Positions 29,924 through 40,412 of a DNA stretch of 64,000 nt are shown one piece after another; position 1 is the stretch's first letter, and each line of letters starts with the position of its first letter. The position numbers and the translations under genes were made by a program. The notes under the pieces are model-generated. The model saw only the letters and a list, made by a program, of their open reading frames with translations, made no database searches and was not told the DNA's origin. This DNA comes from an uncultured Gemmatimonadales bacterium (GTDB taxonomy: Bacteria > Gemmatimonadota > Gemmatimonadetes > Longimicrobiales > RSA9): positions 192,001 through 256,000 of the forward strand of contig CAVUKA010000003.1 in NCBI GenBank assembly GCA_963741945.1, in the 5' to 3' direction.

Positions 29924-30020
29924 TCCGCCTCCGTACCCGCCGCGCCACGTGAGGGTCCGGAGCGTCGCCGGCACGAATCTCGCACTCGTCGCACCGGCAC
30001 GTCCACCCCTCGAGGCGCCC

Positions 30021-30413
<393 letters not shown>

Positions 30414-31454
30414 TCGTTTGTGGGCCGTGGTCCTGGCCGGGGGCGTGGGCGCCCGGTTCTGGCCGGTTTCCACCCCATCGCGACCCAAGCAGCTCCTGCC
30501 CCTCGCGGGACCGGAGCCCCTCATCCGTGAGACCATCCGGCGCATCCAGCCGCTGGTTCCCCTCGAGCGCGTCCGGATCCTGGCCGGCAACGACCTCCGC
30601 GGGCCGATCCGCGATGCCGTGGACGGCCTCGATGACGAAAACTTCTTCCTCGAGCCGCAGCCCCGGGGCACCGGTCCGGTCCTCCTCTGGGCCGCCCACC
30701 GCATCGCTGCCGAGGACCCGGACGCCATCATGGTTTCGCTCCACGCGGACCATGCGATACGCCCCGAGCCCGCGTTCCGCGAGCGCGTGGCCGCGGCGGC
30801 GGCGGCGGCCGACCGCCACGACCGGCTCTTCACCGTGGGCGTCCAGCCTACCCGCCCCGAGACCGGGTACGGCTACATCCGCCCGGGCCGGGCGCTGGAT
30901 GACGCGGGCTCGTTCGCGGTGGACGCGTTCGTGGAGAAGCCGAACGCCGAGACCGCGCGCTCGTACCTGACCTCCGGCGATTACCTCTGGAACAGCGGGA
31001 TCTTCATCTGGCGCGTTTCCCGTCTTCTCGCGGAGGCCCGGGAGGTGGCCCCCGAGCTCGCGGACCTGCTCCCGCTCCTCGACACCGGGGACGTGGACGA
31101 GTTCTTCGCCGTGGCGCCCCGCATTTCCGTGGACGAGGCACTTCTGGAGCGGTCGGATCGCGTCGGTGTCGTGGCGGCGACATTCGAATGGGACGACGTG
31201 GGCACGTGGGATGCCGTCGCCCGGACGCGCGAGCTCGACCAGGACCGCAACGCGGTCGTGGGCTCCGCCCGGCTCCTGGAGTCCAGCCGCTGCGTGGTCT
31301 GGAACGAAACGGACCAGCCGGTGGTGGTCTTCGGCGCGTCCGACATGGTCGTCGTCACCGTCGACGGCGTCACACTGGTCCTCCCCCGCAGCCGCGCTTC
31401 CGACCTGAAGCAGCTGCTGGATGCGATTCCCGCCGACATCCGGGACAGCCGACC

Positions 31455-32642
31455 GTGAGCCAGACCGCGCTCGTTCTCTTCGATGACGCCGTCGCCCGCG
31501 ACTGGCTCCCGTTCACCCTGACCCGTCCGGCGGGCGAGCTGCTCTTCGGGACGCTCACGCTCCGGGGACGCGCGGAGCGGACGCTGGGCCTCGCGTGCGC
31601 GGGGCACATCGCCGCCCCGCACCTCGCAGCCTACGATGAGCCCTGGGCACCTCCCGTGCTGCAGCCGTCCGCTGTGGGCACCGGAAAGGGCGCGATCTTC
31701 CTGAGCTCGCGCTTCGCCCTGGAGCGCGCCTCCATTCCGCACCACGCTGCACTGCTCACCGTTTCGGGCCGAGTGGCCGGCGTCCGGCTCCTTCCCGGCG
31801 GCGCCGTCCCGGAAACGCGGTTCTTCGACCGGCCGGATGACTTCGCTCCCGACCTGCCCCGCCACGAGATTCAGGGCCGCTGGCTCGATTCTCCCTGGCA
31901 CCTGATGACCGGGAACGCCGAGCGGGTGGGCGCCGATCTCGCCACCGCATCGCCCTCCGATCTTCCTCCCCACGTTCACAACCTTGGAGGTGGCGTGGTC
32001 TCCCTCGGGGTCGATGTCAGGATCGCCCCCGGCGTGGTCCTGGACACCCGGGAAGGCCCCGTGCGACTCGAGGATGGCGTCACCATTGCGCCCTTCACCG
32101 TCATCGCCGGGCCGGCATGGGTGGGGCCGGGCACGGCCATCCTCGGTGGACGGTTCGAGCACGTCAGCATCGGCCCCGTCTGCAAGGTCCACGGGGAGCT
32201 GGAAGCGTCGGTGCTCCTGGGGTACTCGAACAAGGCGCACGACGGGTTCATCGGCCACGCCCTGCTCGGGATGTGGGTCAATCTGGGCGCCCTCACGACC
32301 AACAGTGACCTGAAGAACAACTACGGGACGGTGCGCGTCTGGACCCCCGCCGGAGAGGTGGACACCGGGCTGCGCAAGGTCGGCTGCTTCCTCGGCGACC
32401 ACGTGAAGACCGCCATCGGGACCATGCTCAATACCGGAACAGTGGTCGGGGCTGGTTCCAATGTGTTCGGCGGGATGCCGCCGAAGCGGATGCCGCCGTT
32501 CAGCTGGGGCGATCCCGCGGCGGCCTACGACGTCGATCGCTTCCTGGACACCGCGGCCACCGTGATGGCGCGCCGCGATGTAGCCCTGAGCGACGGCCAG
32601 CGCGCCCTCCTGCGGGCCGCCTGGCGGGTCGCCCGCGGCTGA
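31455..32642 (+). CDS. GlmU-like sugar nucleotidyltransferase/hexapeptide-repeat protein
   Basis: PFTLTRPAGEL.FG, left-handed beta-helix repeats, NKAHDGFIGH, NSDLKNNY. Confidence 0.85.
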   Translation: MSQTALVLFDDAVARDWLPFTLTRPAGELLFGTLTLRGRAERTLGLACAGHIAAPHLAAYDEPWAPPVLQPSAVGTGKGAIFLSSRFALERASIPHHAALLTVSGRVAGVRLLPGGAVPETRFFDRPDDFAPDLPRHEIQGRWLDSPWHLMTGNAERVGADLATASPSDLPPHVHNLGGGVVSLGVDVRIAPGVVLDTREGPVRLEDGVTIAPFTVIAGPAWVGPGTAILGGRFEHVSIGPVCKVHGELEASVLLGYSNKAHDGFIGHALLGMWVNLGALTTNSDLKNNYGTVRVWTPAGEVDTGLRKVGCFLGDHVKTAIGTMLNTGTVVGAGSNVFGGMPPKRMPPFSWGDPAAAYDVDRFLDTAATVMARRDVALSDGQRALLRAAWRVARG

Positions 32643-32690
32643 GCGGTCGCGACGTTTGACACACCGACGCGCGACGCGAAGCTTTCCTCG

Positions 32691-33512
32691 ATGCGGGTGA
32701 CCATCCTGGGCAGCGGAAGCCGCGGAAACGCGGTGCTCGTGGAGGCGGGGTCCACACGGCTGCTGGTGGACGCCGGCTTCAGTGGCAGGGACCTGGAACG
32801 GCGCCTCGCCGCCGTGGACGTGACCCCGGATGCGATCACGGCGATTCTCATCACCCACGATCACGGTGACCACACGCGGGGCATGGGCGTCTTCGCCCGC
32901 CGCTTCGGCACTCCGCTCCACGTGACGCCGCGAACGCTCGCCGCTACCCGGCGTCTGCTGCGCGGTGATGAGACGATCGTGGAGTATGACGCAGCGCGCC
33001 CGTTCCTGCTCGGGTCACTGCGGGTGGAGCCATTCCTCACCGTCCACGACGCCGCCGATCCCGTGGCGGTGACAGTCACCGACGCGGAGACCGGCTCCAA
33101 GCTCGGCGTGGCCACCGACCTCGGCCGCCCCACGACCGCCGTCCGTGCCGCCCTCGCCGGCAGCCACCTGCTCGTCCTGGAGTCGAATCACGACGATGAC
33201 CGCCTCTGGGCGGGCCCCTACCCGTGGTCGGTCAAGCAACGGATCGCCTCCAGCCACGGCCACCTGTCCAACCGCGCATCGGCCGAACTGGCCGCCGAGC
33301 TCTTCCATGACGGGCTCGCGGGCGTGATCCTGGCTCACCTCAGCGATTCCTGCAATGACCCGGGCCTGGCCGAGGAAACGGTAGGCCGCGCCCTCGAGCG
33401 GCTGCGGTTTCCGGGGCTCCTCTCCGTGGCGGCGCAGGACGAGCCGGGCGAGCCGATGGACCTGGAGGACCTCCGTCGTCGCATCGCGCCGCCGCAGCTC
33501 AGCCTGCTCTGA
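32691..33512 (+). CDS. MBL-fold metallo-hydrolase (YycJ/WalJ-like)
   Basis: SGSRGN, THDHGDH, HDAADP, ESNHD, GHLSN, LAHLS. Confidence 0.9.
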   Translation: MRVTILGSGSRGNAVLVEAGSTRLLVDAGFSGRDLERRLAAVDVTPDAITAILITHDHGDHTRGMGVFARRFGTPLHVTPRTLAATRRLLRGDETIVEYDAARPFLLGSLRVEPFLTVHDAADPVAVTVTDAETGSKLGVATDLGRPTTAVRAALAGSHLLVLESNHDDDRLWAGPYPWSVKQRIASSHGHLSNRASAELAAELFHDGLAGVILAHLSDSCNDPGLAEETVGRALERLRFPGLLSVAAQDEPGEPMDLEDLRRRIAPPQLSLL

Positions 33513-33553
33513 CCCCGGTCCCTAAGTCCGCCACGCGTCGGTCCCTCGCCCCA

Positions 33554-33579
33554 TGAAACTCCGGACCCGGTGATCCGTA
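33554..33579 (+). promoter_or_regulatory. ECF sigma-type promoter
   Basis: TGAAAC-N16-CGTA, identical to the SigW-type consensus, upstream of ORF 33613. Confidence 0.65.
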
Positions 33580-33612
33580 CGGAGAGGCGACTCTAATGGC
33601 ACCGGGGGTAGC

Positions 33613-33969
33613 ATGGTCGGACGGATCAAGAACAATCGGGTCGTGCTTCGCGACCTCGCCATCTTCCAGCTCAAGCTCCTGCTCGACGGCTTCGCCGACC
33701 TCATCATTGCGCACGCGGCCGTGCTCGCCGTGCTCGTGGACGTCCTGTTCCCGGCGGAGCGGAAGGGGAAGCGGTTCTACGCGGTCATGGCACGCGCCGA
33801 GCGGTTCGACCACTGGTTGAGCCTGTACGGGGCTACCGACGCGGCCGACCTGGAGGAGGACGGCCTGTTCGGCGCCAGCCGCGCGGGCTCGGACACGCTG
33901 CTCGGCAAGCTGGAAGCGTTGATGACGGGGCGGTGGGAAGTGGCCGATGAGTCGGGTCCCGCCGCCTAG
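33613..33969 (+). CDS. Hypothetical membrane-associated protein
   Basis: 118 aa with LRDLAIFQLKLLLDG..D and a hydrophobic segment; good codon usage; convergent with rseP. Confidence 0.7.
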   Translation: MVGRIKNNRVVLRDLAIFQLKLLLDGFADLIIAHAAVLAVLVDVLFPAERKGKRFYAVMARAERFDHWLSLYGATDAADLEEDGLFGASRAGSDTLLGKLEALMTGRWEVADESGPAA

Positions 33970-35306
33970 ACCCCGAAGAGCCGCAGGACGTCATTGGCCA
34001 GCGCCCACACCATGATGGCCACGACGATCACGAGCCCGACCTGGCTGAGCCGGATCCGCTGCTCCGTGCTGAGCGCGCGCCCGCGGATCCCTTCCACCGC
34101 GAGAAAGAGCAGCTGACCACCGTCCAGGATGGGGATCGGGAGCAGGTTCAGGACGGCCAGATTGATCGAGAAGAGCGCCATGAACTGCAGGAAAGCGTCG
34201 AACCCCACCTGCACGACCTGCTCGCTGATCTTGTAGATCAGGATCGGGCCGCCCACGTCGCGTGGAGACGCCTGCCCGGTGAACAGCCCCCCCAGGAACT
34301 GCAGGATCATCTTCGTGATCCGTCCCGTCTCCCGCAGGCCCCAGCCCGCGGCCTGGATCGGCCCGAGCGGTGTGCGAAGATCCACCGGTGAGCGCATCAC
34401 GCCGATCCGACCGATCTCGGCACCGCCGGCCACTTCCGTGGGAGCAGGCGTCACGGTCAGCGCAACGCGTCGCCCGTCCCGCTCCACCACGAGCGGAACG
34501 GGCTGCCCGGGGTGAGGCTCGAGCGCGGCGACCAGGTCCTGCCAGCCGGTCACCGGGCGCCCCCCCGCCTCGACCACGACATCCCCGCTCTGCAGCCCGG
34601 CCGCGGCGGCCGGCGAGCCCTCGGTCACCGTCCCGACCAGGGCGGGCGTCTGGATTCTCGGCTCCATCGCCTGGACCAGATCGGAGCGCGCGGTGTCGCC
34701 GTCGGGGACCGGGACGGTGAGCGCCGGCTGGCCGGCGAACTCCAGGCGAACGGTGTCGCGGGCCATGCTCAGCAGCCGCTGGACGTCCGACCAGGTCTCG
34801 ACCTCGTTGCCATTCACCGCGGTGATGCGCCACCCCGGCTGAACGGACAGGAGCGCCGAGTCCACGGGCGGCACCAGCTCCTCCGCGAGATCGCCGACCA
34901 CGGGCTCGGGCGTCGGCGACACGCCCCAGACCAGCGCGATCACGGAGAACAGGAACCAGGCGAACAGGATGTTCATGATCACGCCGGCGGAGATGACCAG
35001 CGCCCGGGCGGGAAGCGACTTCGACTCGAAGTCCCGCCCTGTCTCACGCGCGGTGCTGGCGTCGTACTCCCCGCCCTCGAGCTCCTGCATGTCATCCATG
35101 CCGGCCATTCGCACGTAGCCGCCGAGCGGCAGCCACGCCACCACGTACTCCGTCTCGCCCCGGGTGAAGCCGAACATCTTCGGACCGAGGCCGATCGAGA
35201 ACCGGGGCACTTCGATGTCCATCCACTTCGCCGTGGCGAAGTGCCCCAGCTCGTGGACGAAGATCAGCACGCCCAGAATGACAATGGTCGCCAGGATCGT
35301 GATCAC
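33966..35306 (-). CDS. rseP: RIP metalloprotease RseP
   Basis: HELGH, PLGGYV, two PDZ domains, NLLPIPILDGG. Confidence 0.95.
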   Translation of the reverse strand: MITILATIVILGVLIFVHELGHFATAKWMDIEVPRFSIGLGPKMFGFTRGETEYVVAWLPLGGYVRMAGMDDMQELEGGEYDASTARETGRDFESKSLPARALVISAGVIMNILFAWFLFSVIALVWGVSPTPEPVVGDLAEELVPPVDSALLSVQPGWRITAVNGNEVETWSDVQRLLSMARDTVRLEFAGQPALTVPVPDGDTARSDLVQAMEPRIQTPALVGTVTEGSPAAAAGLQSGDVVVEAGGRPVTGWQDLVAALEPHPGQPVPLVVERDGRRVALTVTPAPTEVAGGAEIGRIGVMRSPVDLRTPLGPIQAAGWGLRETGRITKMILQFLGGLFTGQASPRDVGGPILIYKISEQVVQVGFDAFLQFMALFSINLAVLNLLPIPILDGGQLLFLAVEGIRGRALSTEQRIRLSQVGLVIVVAIMVWALANDVLRLFGV

Positions 35307-36433
35307 CGCATCTCCTCGATGGCCCTTCGGGCTCGCGCCCGCGCTTCCGTGTCCGCCGCGCGTACCGCGGCCAGTGAATCGAGAATCCCGCCGCCGCACG
35401 TGTCGAGCGTTCGCTCGATCACCCGCGGAACGTCCACGAACCGCAAGGTCCCGTCCAAAAACCCCGCCACCGCGATTTCGTTCGCCGCGTTGAACACGGT
35501 CGGGCTCGAGCCCCCATCACGTCCGGCCGCCACGCCGAGGGAGAACGTGGGGAAACGCTCGGTGTCCACCGGCTCGAACGTCAGCGGCCCCGCTTCCACG
35601 GGGTTGAACGGACGCACGCCATCCTCGAGCCGCTCCGGGTGGGTCAGCGCGTAGAGGATCGGGAGCTCCATGGTCGGGAAGCCGAGCTGTGCGAGCACCG
35701 AACCATCGCGAAACTCCACCATGCTGTGGATGATGGACTGCGGGTGGACCACGGCCTCCAGCTGGCGGTAGGGCAGACCGAACAGGAAATGGGCCTCGAT
35801 GATTTCGAGGGCCTTGTTGGCCAGCGTCGCCGAGTCCACTGTGATCTTGGCGCCCATGTCCCAGGTGGGGTGCCGCAGCGCATCGCCAGGCCGGACGCGT
35901 TCCAGCGCTTCCCGACTCCATTCCCGGAATGCACCGCCGGACGCGGTGAGGATCAATCGACGGACCCCGCTCGCATCGCCAGCCGGCAGGCACTGGAGCA
36001 CCGCGCTGTGCTCACTGTCCACAGGGATGAGCTCGCCCCCGCCCCGCCGCATGGCTTCGAGGACCAGCGGCCCACCCGCCACCAGGGACTCTTTGTTCGC
36101 GAGCGCAACGCGCTTTCCGGCCTCGAGCGCAGCCACCGTGGCCTCGAGCCCCGCCGCACCCACCACGGCGTTCACCACGGTGTCGACTTCCGGATGGGTC
36201 GCAGCGGCGAGCAGTCCGTCCGCGCCCGATCGCCAACGCAGCCCGGGATCGGGTTCACCGTCGGCCAACACAACCATGGCCGGCCGGTATCGTTCCGCCT
36301 GGACCCCCAGCTCACGCGCGTTCCGTCCGGTCGCCAGCGCCACCACGCGGAACCGGTCCGGGTGACGGTCCAGAACCGCGAGCGTGCTCCGACCGACGGA
36401 GCCGGTCGATCCGAGAATCGCCACCCCTACCAT
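35303..36433 (-). CDS. dxr: 1-deoxy-D-xylulose-5-phosphate reductoisomerase
   Basis: LGSTGSVG, LANKESLV, PVDSEH, LTASGG, HPTWDMGAKIT, NAANE. Confidence 0.96.
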   Translation of the reverse strand: MVGVAILGSTGSVGRSTLAVLDRHPDRFRVVALATGRNARELGVQAERYRPAMVVLADGEPDPGLRWRSGADGLLAAATHPEVDTVVNAVVGAAGLEATVAALEAGKRVALANKESLVAGGPLVLEAMRRGGGELIPVDSEHSAVLQCLPAGDASGVRRLILTASGGAFREWSREALERVRPGDALRHPTWDMGAKITVDSATLANKALEIIEAHFLFGLPYRQLEAVVHPQSIIHSMVEFRDGSVLAQLGFPTMELPILYALTHPERLEDGVRPFNPVEAGPLTFEPVDTERFPTFSLGVAAGRDGGSSPTVFNAANEIAVAGFLDGTLRFVDVPRVIERTLDTCGGGILDSLAAVRAADTEARARARRAIEEMR

Positions 36434-37329
36434 GCGGGGCCGGTGTGCAGCAGGGCGGCCAGCCACCAGTACGCCGCTGGGATCGTGAAAATCAGCGAGT
36501 CCATCCGGTCCAGGATCCCGCCATGACCGGGGAAGAACGTGCCGGAGTCCTTGATCCCCGCCTCCCGTTTCCACACCGACTCCGCCAGGTCGCCCGCCTG
36601 CGAGATGGTGCCGATCAGGACGCCACCCACCGCGCCCGCCAGTGGGCTGAGCGGGATGCCCAGCCACAGCCGGAACACCAGCACGGTGACGACGAGGCCG
36701 GCCACGAGCCCGCCCCCGAGACCGGCCACGGCGCCCACCACCGTCTTACCGGGGCTCACGCTGGGAATCAGGCGCCGCTTTCCCCACCGCTTGCCGGCGA
36801 AGAACGCGGCCGAATCCGTCAGCCATGTGACCGCCAGCGGGTACGCCACCAGGGCCACGCCGGCCCAGCGGAACCAGCCTGCGGCCGGTGTGCTGGCGTG
36901 TAGCGGCTCCACGGGCAGGTAGCGAAGGAACATCGCGTACGCCATGGCGCCTGCGGGCAGCAGGGCGCCCAGCGCCGTGGTGGCTACCGCGACGAACGGT
37001 CGTCCGTCCGGTCCGCGCTCCCAGATGGCCGCCAGCGAGAGGAGGAGGAGGAAGGCCAGCGTGCCCGTCCACAGATACGGCAATGCGGCGGCAACGGCGG
37101 GATAGGCAGCCGCCACGAGGACCACTGCGGCCGCAGCCACGGCGCCGGGGACCTTGAGCGGCTGAACCCCGCGGAGCTCCGCCATCCGGTAGGCCTCCAG
37201 CGCCGCGCCGACGGAGAAGAACGCGAGCACCGGCCCCAGCGCCCACCGGCCGACCCAGAGGACCACCACGGCCACGGGGATCCCCACCGCGGCCACGGCC
37301 ACGCGCTGCGAGAGCTCGCTTCGGGGCAT
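36427..37329 (-). CDS. cdsA: Phosphatidate cytidylyltransferase
   Basis: SPGKT, GDLAES.WKR..GIKDSG..PGHGGILDRMDS. Confidence 0.93.
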   Translation of the reverse strand: MPRSELSQRVAVAAVGIPVAVVVLWVGRWALGPVLAFFSVGAALEAYRMAELRGVQPLKVPGAVAAAAVVLVAAAYPAVAAALPYLWTGTLAFLLLLSLAAIWERGPDGRPFVAVATTALGALLPAGAMAYAMFLRYLPVEPLHASTPAAGWFRWAGVALVAYPLAVTWLTDSAAFFAGKRWGKRRLIPSVSPGKTVVGAVAGLGGGLVAGLVVTVLVFRLWLGIPLSPLAGAVGGVLIGTISQAGDLAESVWKREAGIKDSGTFFPGHGGILDRMDSLIFTIPAAYWWLAALLHTGPAW

Positions 37330-37333
37330 GCGC

Positions 37334-38077
37334 TCAGTTCGCGCGAACGCGGCCGAAGCGCCGCTCCCGCCGCTGGTACTCCACGATGGCCGTGTACAGG
37401 TCCTGCCGCGTGAAGTCCGGCCACAGCGTGAGCGTGGTGTAGATCTCCGAGTACGCCACCTGCCACAGCATGAAGTTGCTGATCCGTTGCTCTCCCGACG
37501 TCCGGATCAGCAGATCGGGGTCCGGAAGGCCCGCCGTGCACAGCCGACGTTCCAGCATCGCTTCATCGATCTCGTCCGGCCGGATCCGGCCAGCGGCCGC
37601 CTCTTCTGCCAGCAATCGGGCAGCCCGCACGAGGTCGGCCCGACCGCCATAGCTGATCATGAGGTTCAGCAGCAGCTCGGTCCCCCCTCGCGTGGCCTCC
37701 TGGATCTCCATCACGGCGCGCATCGGGCCGGTCGCGAGGCGCTCCAGGTCGCCGTGGACGCGTACCTCCACCCCCTGCGCCCGCAGCTCTTCGCGCTCCT
37801 TCTTCACGTAGCGCTGGAGCAGCGTCATCAGAGCGCTCACCTCCGCCTTCGGACGCTCCCAGTTCTCCTGCGAGAACGCGAACAGCGTGAGCACACCCAC
37901 ACCGGCTTCGATCGCGCCTTCGATCGCTTCACGCACCGCCGTCATGCCGGCCGCATGCCCGCGGTGCCGCGGCAGTCCACGCGCCCGCGCCCAGCGCCCG
38001 TTACCATCCATGATGATGGCCACGTGCTCCGGGACTCGGCCGTTGATCCTGAGCCGCTGGAGGAGGTCGGAGGACAT
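37334..38077 (-). CDS. uppS: Undecaprenyl diphosphate synthase
   Basis: HVAIIMDGNGRW, FSQENW, DLLIRTSGEQRISNF. Confidence 0.96.
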   Translation of the reverse strand: MSSDLLQRLRINGRVPEHVAIIMDGNGRWARARGLPRHRGHAAGMTAVREAIEGAIEAGVGVLTLFAFSQENWERPKAEVSALMTLLQRYVKKEREELRAQGVEVRVHGDLERLATGPMRAVMEIQEATRGGTELLLNLMISYGGRADLVRAARLLAEEAAAGRIRPDEIDEAMLERRLCTAGLPDPDLLIRTSGEQRISNFMLWQVAYSEIYTTLTLWPDFTRQDLYTAIVEYQRRERRFGRVRAN

Positions 38078-38111
38078 TGGTGGGCGACGTGGGGGCGGAA
38101 AGGTGTGGAGG

Positions 38112-38663
38112 TCAGACCTCCATCACCTCCGCCTCCTTCGCCGTCATGAGCTCGTCGATCCGGGTGATGTACTGGTCGGTCAGCGACTGGACCTCATCCA
38201 TCTGCCGGTGCGCCTCGTCCTCGCTGATCTCGTGATCGTGCTCCAGCTGCTTCAGCTCCTTGTTCGCCTCCTGGCGCGCATGACGGATGCTGACCCGACC
38301 TTCCTCCGCCATCTTGTGGAGCAGTCGGACCATGTCCTTGCGGCGCTCCTCGCTCAGCGGCGGAATGGGAACCCGGATCACGTCCCCGTCGTTCGACGGG
38401 TTCAGCCCCAGGTCGGCGGACTGGATCGCCCGCTCCACGTTCGTCATCACGGACTTGTCCCACGGCTGGATGACGATCAGGCGCGGCTCCGGTGTGCTCA
38501 CGGTCGCCACCTGGTTGAGAGGGACCTTCGAGCCGTACGCGTCCACGCGGACCGTGTCCAGCAGCGCGGGAGTAGCCTTCCCGGTCCGCACGGTTGCGAA
38601 CTCGCGCCGCATTGCGTCTACGGCCGCTTCCATCTGCTCTCGCGTCTTCTTGATCGTCGGCAT
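38112..38663 (-). CDS. frr: Ribosome recycling factor
   Basis: VRTGKATP, VDAYG, LGLNP, PPLSEERR. Confidence 0.97.
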   Translation of the reverse strand: MPTIKKTREQMEAAVDAMRREFATVRTGKATPALLDTVRVDAYGSKVPLNQVATVSTPEPRLIVIQPWDKSVMTNVERAIQSADLGLNPSNDGDVIRVPIPPLSEERRKDMVRLLHKMAEEGRVSIRHARQEANKELKQLEHDHEISEDEAHRQMDEVQSLTDQYITRIDELMTAKEAEVMEV

Positions 38664-38721
38664 TCACACCTCGGGGTTCGCTACCTGCGTCGGTCGCCCC
38701 GTGAACTTAGGGGGCGGCGGC

Positions 38722-39468
38722 TCACGACACTAGCGTTCCGATCTCCTGACCCCGGATCGCCCGCACCACGGAGTCCGGCTGCCCGATGTCCAGCACGATG
38801 ATCGGAACGCCATTCTCCTTGCACAGCGACACCGCCGCCGCGTCCATCACCCTCAGCTCCCTCGTCATCACGTCCATGAAGCTCAGCCGCGGATAGAACT
38901 CCGCGTCCGGCTCGCGCTCCGGGTCGGCACTGTAGACGCCCTTGACCCGCGTCGCCTTGATCAGGACCTCCGCTTCCATCTCGATCGCGCGCAGGACCGC
39001 CGCCGTGTCCGTCGAGAAGTAGGGATTCCCGGTGCCGCCCGCGAACAGGACCACGCGCCCCTTCTCCAGGTGGCGCAGCGCCCGGCGACGGATGTACGGC
39101 TCCGCCAGCTGTTCCATCCGGATCGCCGTCATCGCGCGCGTCTCGATCCCCTTCCGCTCCAGCACGTCCTGCAGCGCCAGGGCGTTGATCACCGTGGCGA
39201 GCATCCCCATGTAGTCCGCGTTCACGCGGTCCATCCCCTCGGCGCTCGCCTTCGTGCCACGCACAATGTTGCCTCCGCCGATCACGACCCCCAGCGCCAC
39301 TCCCATCCCGCGGACCGCGGCCACGTGGTCCGTCAGCGTGGCAATGGCCTGTGGGGAGATGCCGAATCCCTGCTCGCCCGCCAGCGACTCCCCGCTCAGC
39401 TTCAACAACACACGACGGTATTTCACGTCGGGATCCGGCACTCCGGGCATCGCTTCCGAGGACCCCAC
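38722..39468 (-). CDS. pyrH: UMP kinase
   Basis: LLKLSGE, GGGNI, DYMGMLAT, GNPYFSTD; start may be ATG 39450. Confidence 0.96.
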   Translation of the reverse strand: MGSSEAMPGVPDPDVKYRRVLLKLSGESLAGEQGFGISPQAIATLTDHVAAVRGMGVALGVVIGGGNIVRGTKASAEGMDRVNADYMGMLATVINALALQDVLERKGIETRAMTAIRMEQLAEPYIRRRALRHLEKGRVVLFAGGTGNPYFSTDTAAVLRAIEMEAEVLIKATRVKGVYSADPEREPDAEFYPRLSFMDVMTRELRVMDAAAVSLCKENGVPIIVLDIGQPDSVVRAIRGQEIGTLVS

Positions 39469-39470
39469 CG

Positions 39471-40304
39471 CTACTCGCCCAGCTCGTAGCGGACGAACCG
39501 ACGCACTTCCGCGGGCGCCACCAGCGATCCGACCGTGGTGTCCGGGTCCTTCACGAACGGCTGCTCCACGAGCGCGTTCTCCTTGTAGAACTTCTTGAGC
39601 TTCCCTTCAACGATCTTGTCCTGGATGTTTTCTGGCTTCCCCTCCTGCCGGACCTGCTCGCGGTAAACGGAGCGCTCACGCTCCACCACCTCCGGCTCGA
39701 TCTCGTCCGCCTTTACCGCCAGCGGACGCGATGCAGCCACGTGCATCGCCACGTCCCGCGCCAGATCCCCCGTTCCCGCGGCGCTGAGCTCCACGAGCAC
39801 GCCGATCTTCCCCGTCATGTGCACGTAGCTGGAGATTTCGCCAGCATCGCTCTCGAAGCGGGCGAATCGGCGAACCACGATCTTTTCACCGGTCTTGGCC
39901 GAGACTTCCGTCACCACGGCCTCCACCGTCCGGTCGCCGCCCCGGAAGGGCTGCCCAAGGAGCGCATCACCGTCACTCGATCCATTCGTGTCTGAAGCGT
40001 GCTCCACTACGTGCTCCGCCAGCGCTTGCGCCAGCGCCCGGAAATCATCCGTGCGTGCGACGAAATCGGTCTCGCAGTTCACTTCCACGAGCGCGCCCAC
40101 GTTCCCCGCCACGTGACTCGCCACCACACCTTCGGACGCCTCCTTGCCCGCCCGCTTCGCGGCCTTCGCCGTGCCCCTCGACCGCAGCAGGTCGATGGCC
40201 GCTTCCATGTCTCCGTCCGTTTCCTGCAGCGCCTTCTTGCAATCCATCATTCCGGCGCCCGTCCGTTCCCGGAGCTCCTTCACCTCTGCCGCACTGATCG
40301 CCAT
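39471..40304 (-). CDS. tsf: Elongation factor Ts
   Basis: VKELRERTGAGMMDCKKAL, EVNCETDFVA. Confidence 0.97.
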   Translation of the reverse strand: MAISAAEVKELRERTGAGMMDCKKALQETDGDMEAAIDLLRSRGTAKAAKRAGKEASEGVVASHVAGNVGALVEVNCETDFVARTDDFRALAQALAEHVVEHASDTNGSSDGDALLGQPFRGGDRTVEAVVTEVSAKTGEKIVVRRFARFESDAGEISSYVHMTGKIGVLVELSAAGTGDLARDVAMHVAASRPLAVKADEIEPEVVERERSVYREQVRQEGKPENIQDKIVEGKLKKFYKENALVEQPFVKDPDTTVGSLVAPAEVRRFVRYELGE

Positions 40305-40336
40305 GGCCACTTCCCTCGTTGATCTATCCTGTCGTG

Positions 40337-40371
40337 AAAAAGCGCCGCAGGGCCGCGACAATCGCGGCGCT
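40337..40371 (-). terminator. Intrinsic terminator/attenuator between rpsB and tsf
   Basis: AGCGCCGC...GCGGCGCT stem followed by a U-tract on the minus strand. Confidence 0.6.
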
Positions 40372-40412
40372 GAAGCGCTCTTCGTACTCCGAGCCGGAGC
40401 TCACGCCGCGCG

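Noticed and set aside
27973..30006. Apparent 677-aa SerRS with an N-terminal extension
   Set aside because: The real start is MLDIK at 29250; the upstream part overlaps the separate lipoprotein gene in another frame
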